Of a DNA stretch of 64,000 nucleotides, positions 62,093 through 64,000 are shown in pieces. The stretch spans positions 105,586,001-105,650,000 of the forward strand of contig JAGIQG010000003.1 in NCBI GenBank assembly GCA_024679065.1, written 5' to 3'. The notes under the pieces were generated by a model. The model made no database searches. It saw nothing but the letters and a program-made list of their open reading frames with translations, and was not told where the DNA came from. A program made the position numbers and the translations under genes. The stretch's first letter is position 1. Each line of letters opens with the position of its first letter. This DNA is from Sphyrna mokarran. Lineage: Eukaryota.

Positions 62093-63052
62093 AAAAGAAC
62101 AAAGAACAAAGAACAAAACAGCATGGGAAACAGGCCCTTCGGCCCAACGAGCCCGCGCCGCCACCTTGATGTTCCCACTTCTACACGCGATCCCTGTCCA
62201 TGTTTATAGATCTATGGATTAAAAACCAAATTTGAGACAATTTAGGGAAAAATTGTTTTGCCAATTAGCCTAAGAGCACATCTTTGGGATGTGGGAGGAA
62301 ACCGGAGCCCCCGGAGAAAACCCATGCAAGCACGGGAAGAATGCGCAAACTCCCACAGACACAGGCCCAAATCCATGTATCTGCACAGCACAGCTATAGT
62401 CACTGCGCTGTCGTGTTGCCCATCAGATGGTCCAGGTCAAGCATACACTAACGATGTGAAGCAGTAGGATACTCTCGAAAAAGATCCAAGAGCAGTCCTC
62501 TCATGACCCATCGTGTGTATGCCCCTCGTTAGACAACAAGGTGGACCAAAGCACCTGTAGGATAAAAACAAGTACATCAATATCATCATCTATTTACACA
62601 CTTCCCAGGGACTCCCAAGGCTCATGATCCCTATTTTAAATCAGTTTTCTATACCCCTCCATTCCCATTCTGTTCATGTGCCCATCTAAGTATTTCTTAA
62701 ATAACTTCAGAGTGCCTGCCTCCACCACTTTACTTGGCAGCGCATTCCATACCCCCATCATCCTCTGTGTGAAAAAACTCCCTCTAGCATCCAAATTATA
62801 CCTTACCCCCCTCACCTTAAGCCCGTGACCCCTCGTGCTATTTGAGTCCATCCTAGGAAAAAGCTTAGCCCTGTTTACTCTATCTATCCCCTTCAAAATC
62901 TTGTACACCTCTATCAGATCTCCTCTAAGTCTACATCTTTCTAAGGAAAACAGTCTCAATTTGCCTAATCTCTCCTCGTAACTCAGACCTTCCATACCAG
63001 GCAGCATCCTGGGTAAACCTCCTCTGCACTCTTTCCAGAGTCTCCACGTCCT
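62093..63052 (-). mobile_element. CR1 LINE with extended 3' UTR containing a V-SINE core (copy 2)
   Basis: ORF 62636-63007 is the CR1 C-terminus with its stop; about 540-nt UTR; tail (GTTCTTT)n. Confidence 0.88.
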
Positions 63053-63799
63053 GAAAAAAGATTTCAGTACTTTTTCAATGTTTTCTCAATTCAGGGATTT
63101 GTGTGTGTGACAACCAGTGCTTGAATTTATAAAGAGCTTTTCGTCTAGCTAAACATTACAAGGCACTTAAAGTGTACTTATGCACATGACACAGGGAAAT
63201 CTCCCCTTATGTACTATTAGCAAATGCCAAAAGAATATTTGAACATCAGCCGCAACCTCAACATTGACTTTACTTTTACACATTAAAATCAATTTTAAAA
63301 ATATACTAATGTATCATTTTTAAGCATGCTATACTTTTACTTCAAAATGCAGAGTTTTTTTTAATTATACAAATATAAAGCAGATATACACTCCTGAGGG
63401 GGGGAGTAAGGAACTGTAGTAGGCCGTCCTGGGATGCTGGCACACTGGCCTGCCAATGATTTATTCCATTGTGTTGGAAACTGCAGGTTCCTATCAGAAG
63501 GTCTTTAATTATCTTCACGGGGGCAAGGAGCCCTGCCAGCCCCAAACCCACTTCAGCACACTGGGACGGGATTGGGAAACTGATATGTAAACCAGTTGCA
63601 ATATTTTCGAGATCTCTGGGCCTCCAATCCGAACCTCAGCAGGACCTGAGAATCCTGCCTCCAGTATCCTCCCATTACATTTCTCAAAGCTAGCTAATTC
63701 TTTAATCAGTTGAACATTCTGGTCTAAACCATCTTTCCTGGCAATTTCTATGTAAATAAATATTTCCTAACTTCTATCCTGACATTTGGCCTTTGCAGA

Positions 63800-64000
63800 A
63801 CCAAACCTATGCAGATCTGCCTGAGGATGAAAAGTCCAAGTTTGTCAAGCCATTCCACAGAGCTCTCCTCTCTAACACCAAAGATTGTTGCTGACTATAA
63901 TATTGCATATGGGAATTGGATGCCTTTTTGATGTCACAATGATCAAAACTATACACAATAACCCATTTTGCAGGCTGATCAAGGCACTCCATAGCTTTCA
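63800..64000 (+). pseudogene. Possible piggyBac transposase remnant
   Basis: PKIVADYN followed, after a frameshift, by HMG, resembling the piggyBac P.IV.DYN.HMGGVD motif. Confidence 0.35.

Noticed and set aside
63799-63894. Plus-strand peptide NQTYADLPEDEKSKFVKPFHRALL resembling the ITPA C-terminus
   Set aside because: Lacks the invariant SHR motif and no other ITPA exons are present; the overlapping frame fits piggyBac better.
1-64000. CRISPR arrays, rRNA, genuine tRNA genes, prokaryotic operons
   Set aside because: None seen; the tRNA-like A/B boxes all belong to SINE heads and the sequence is eukaryotic repeat-rich DNA.

Overview
A repeat-dominated vertebrate window, almost certainly from a shark or other cartilaginous fish. 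That call rests on HE1/V-SINE-type SINEs, DeuSINE-like SINEs, abundant CR1 LINEs with (TTCTATG)n-type tails, and Penelope-like, Rex/Babar, RTE, L2 and Harbinger remnants. I could not support any host protein-coding exon, so it reads as intergenic or deep intronic DNA, and nearly all track ORFs are transposon fragments or chance ORFs. The only long clean frame (58489-59856) is a 5'-truncated young CR1 ORF2. The most notable signals are: (1) a 284-bp minus-strand element at 20971-21254 with a U2 snRNA nt 1-39 head, a second U2 stem-loop I copy, two covarying hairpins and an A9 tail; (2) short palindromic Penelope-derived insertions carrying minimal hammerhead ribozyme cores, one apparently intact (25590-25619); (3) a CR1 family, in two copies, whose long 3' UTR contains a captured V-SINE core; (4) a decayed two-gene Harbinger element, a local inverted duplication and a recent 234-bp tandem duplication. 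Family assignments come from recognising motifs by eye, not database searches, and boundaries of old elements are approximate.
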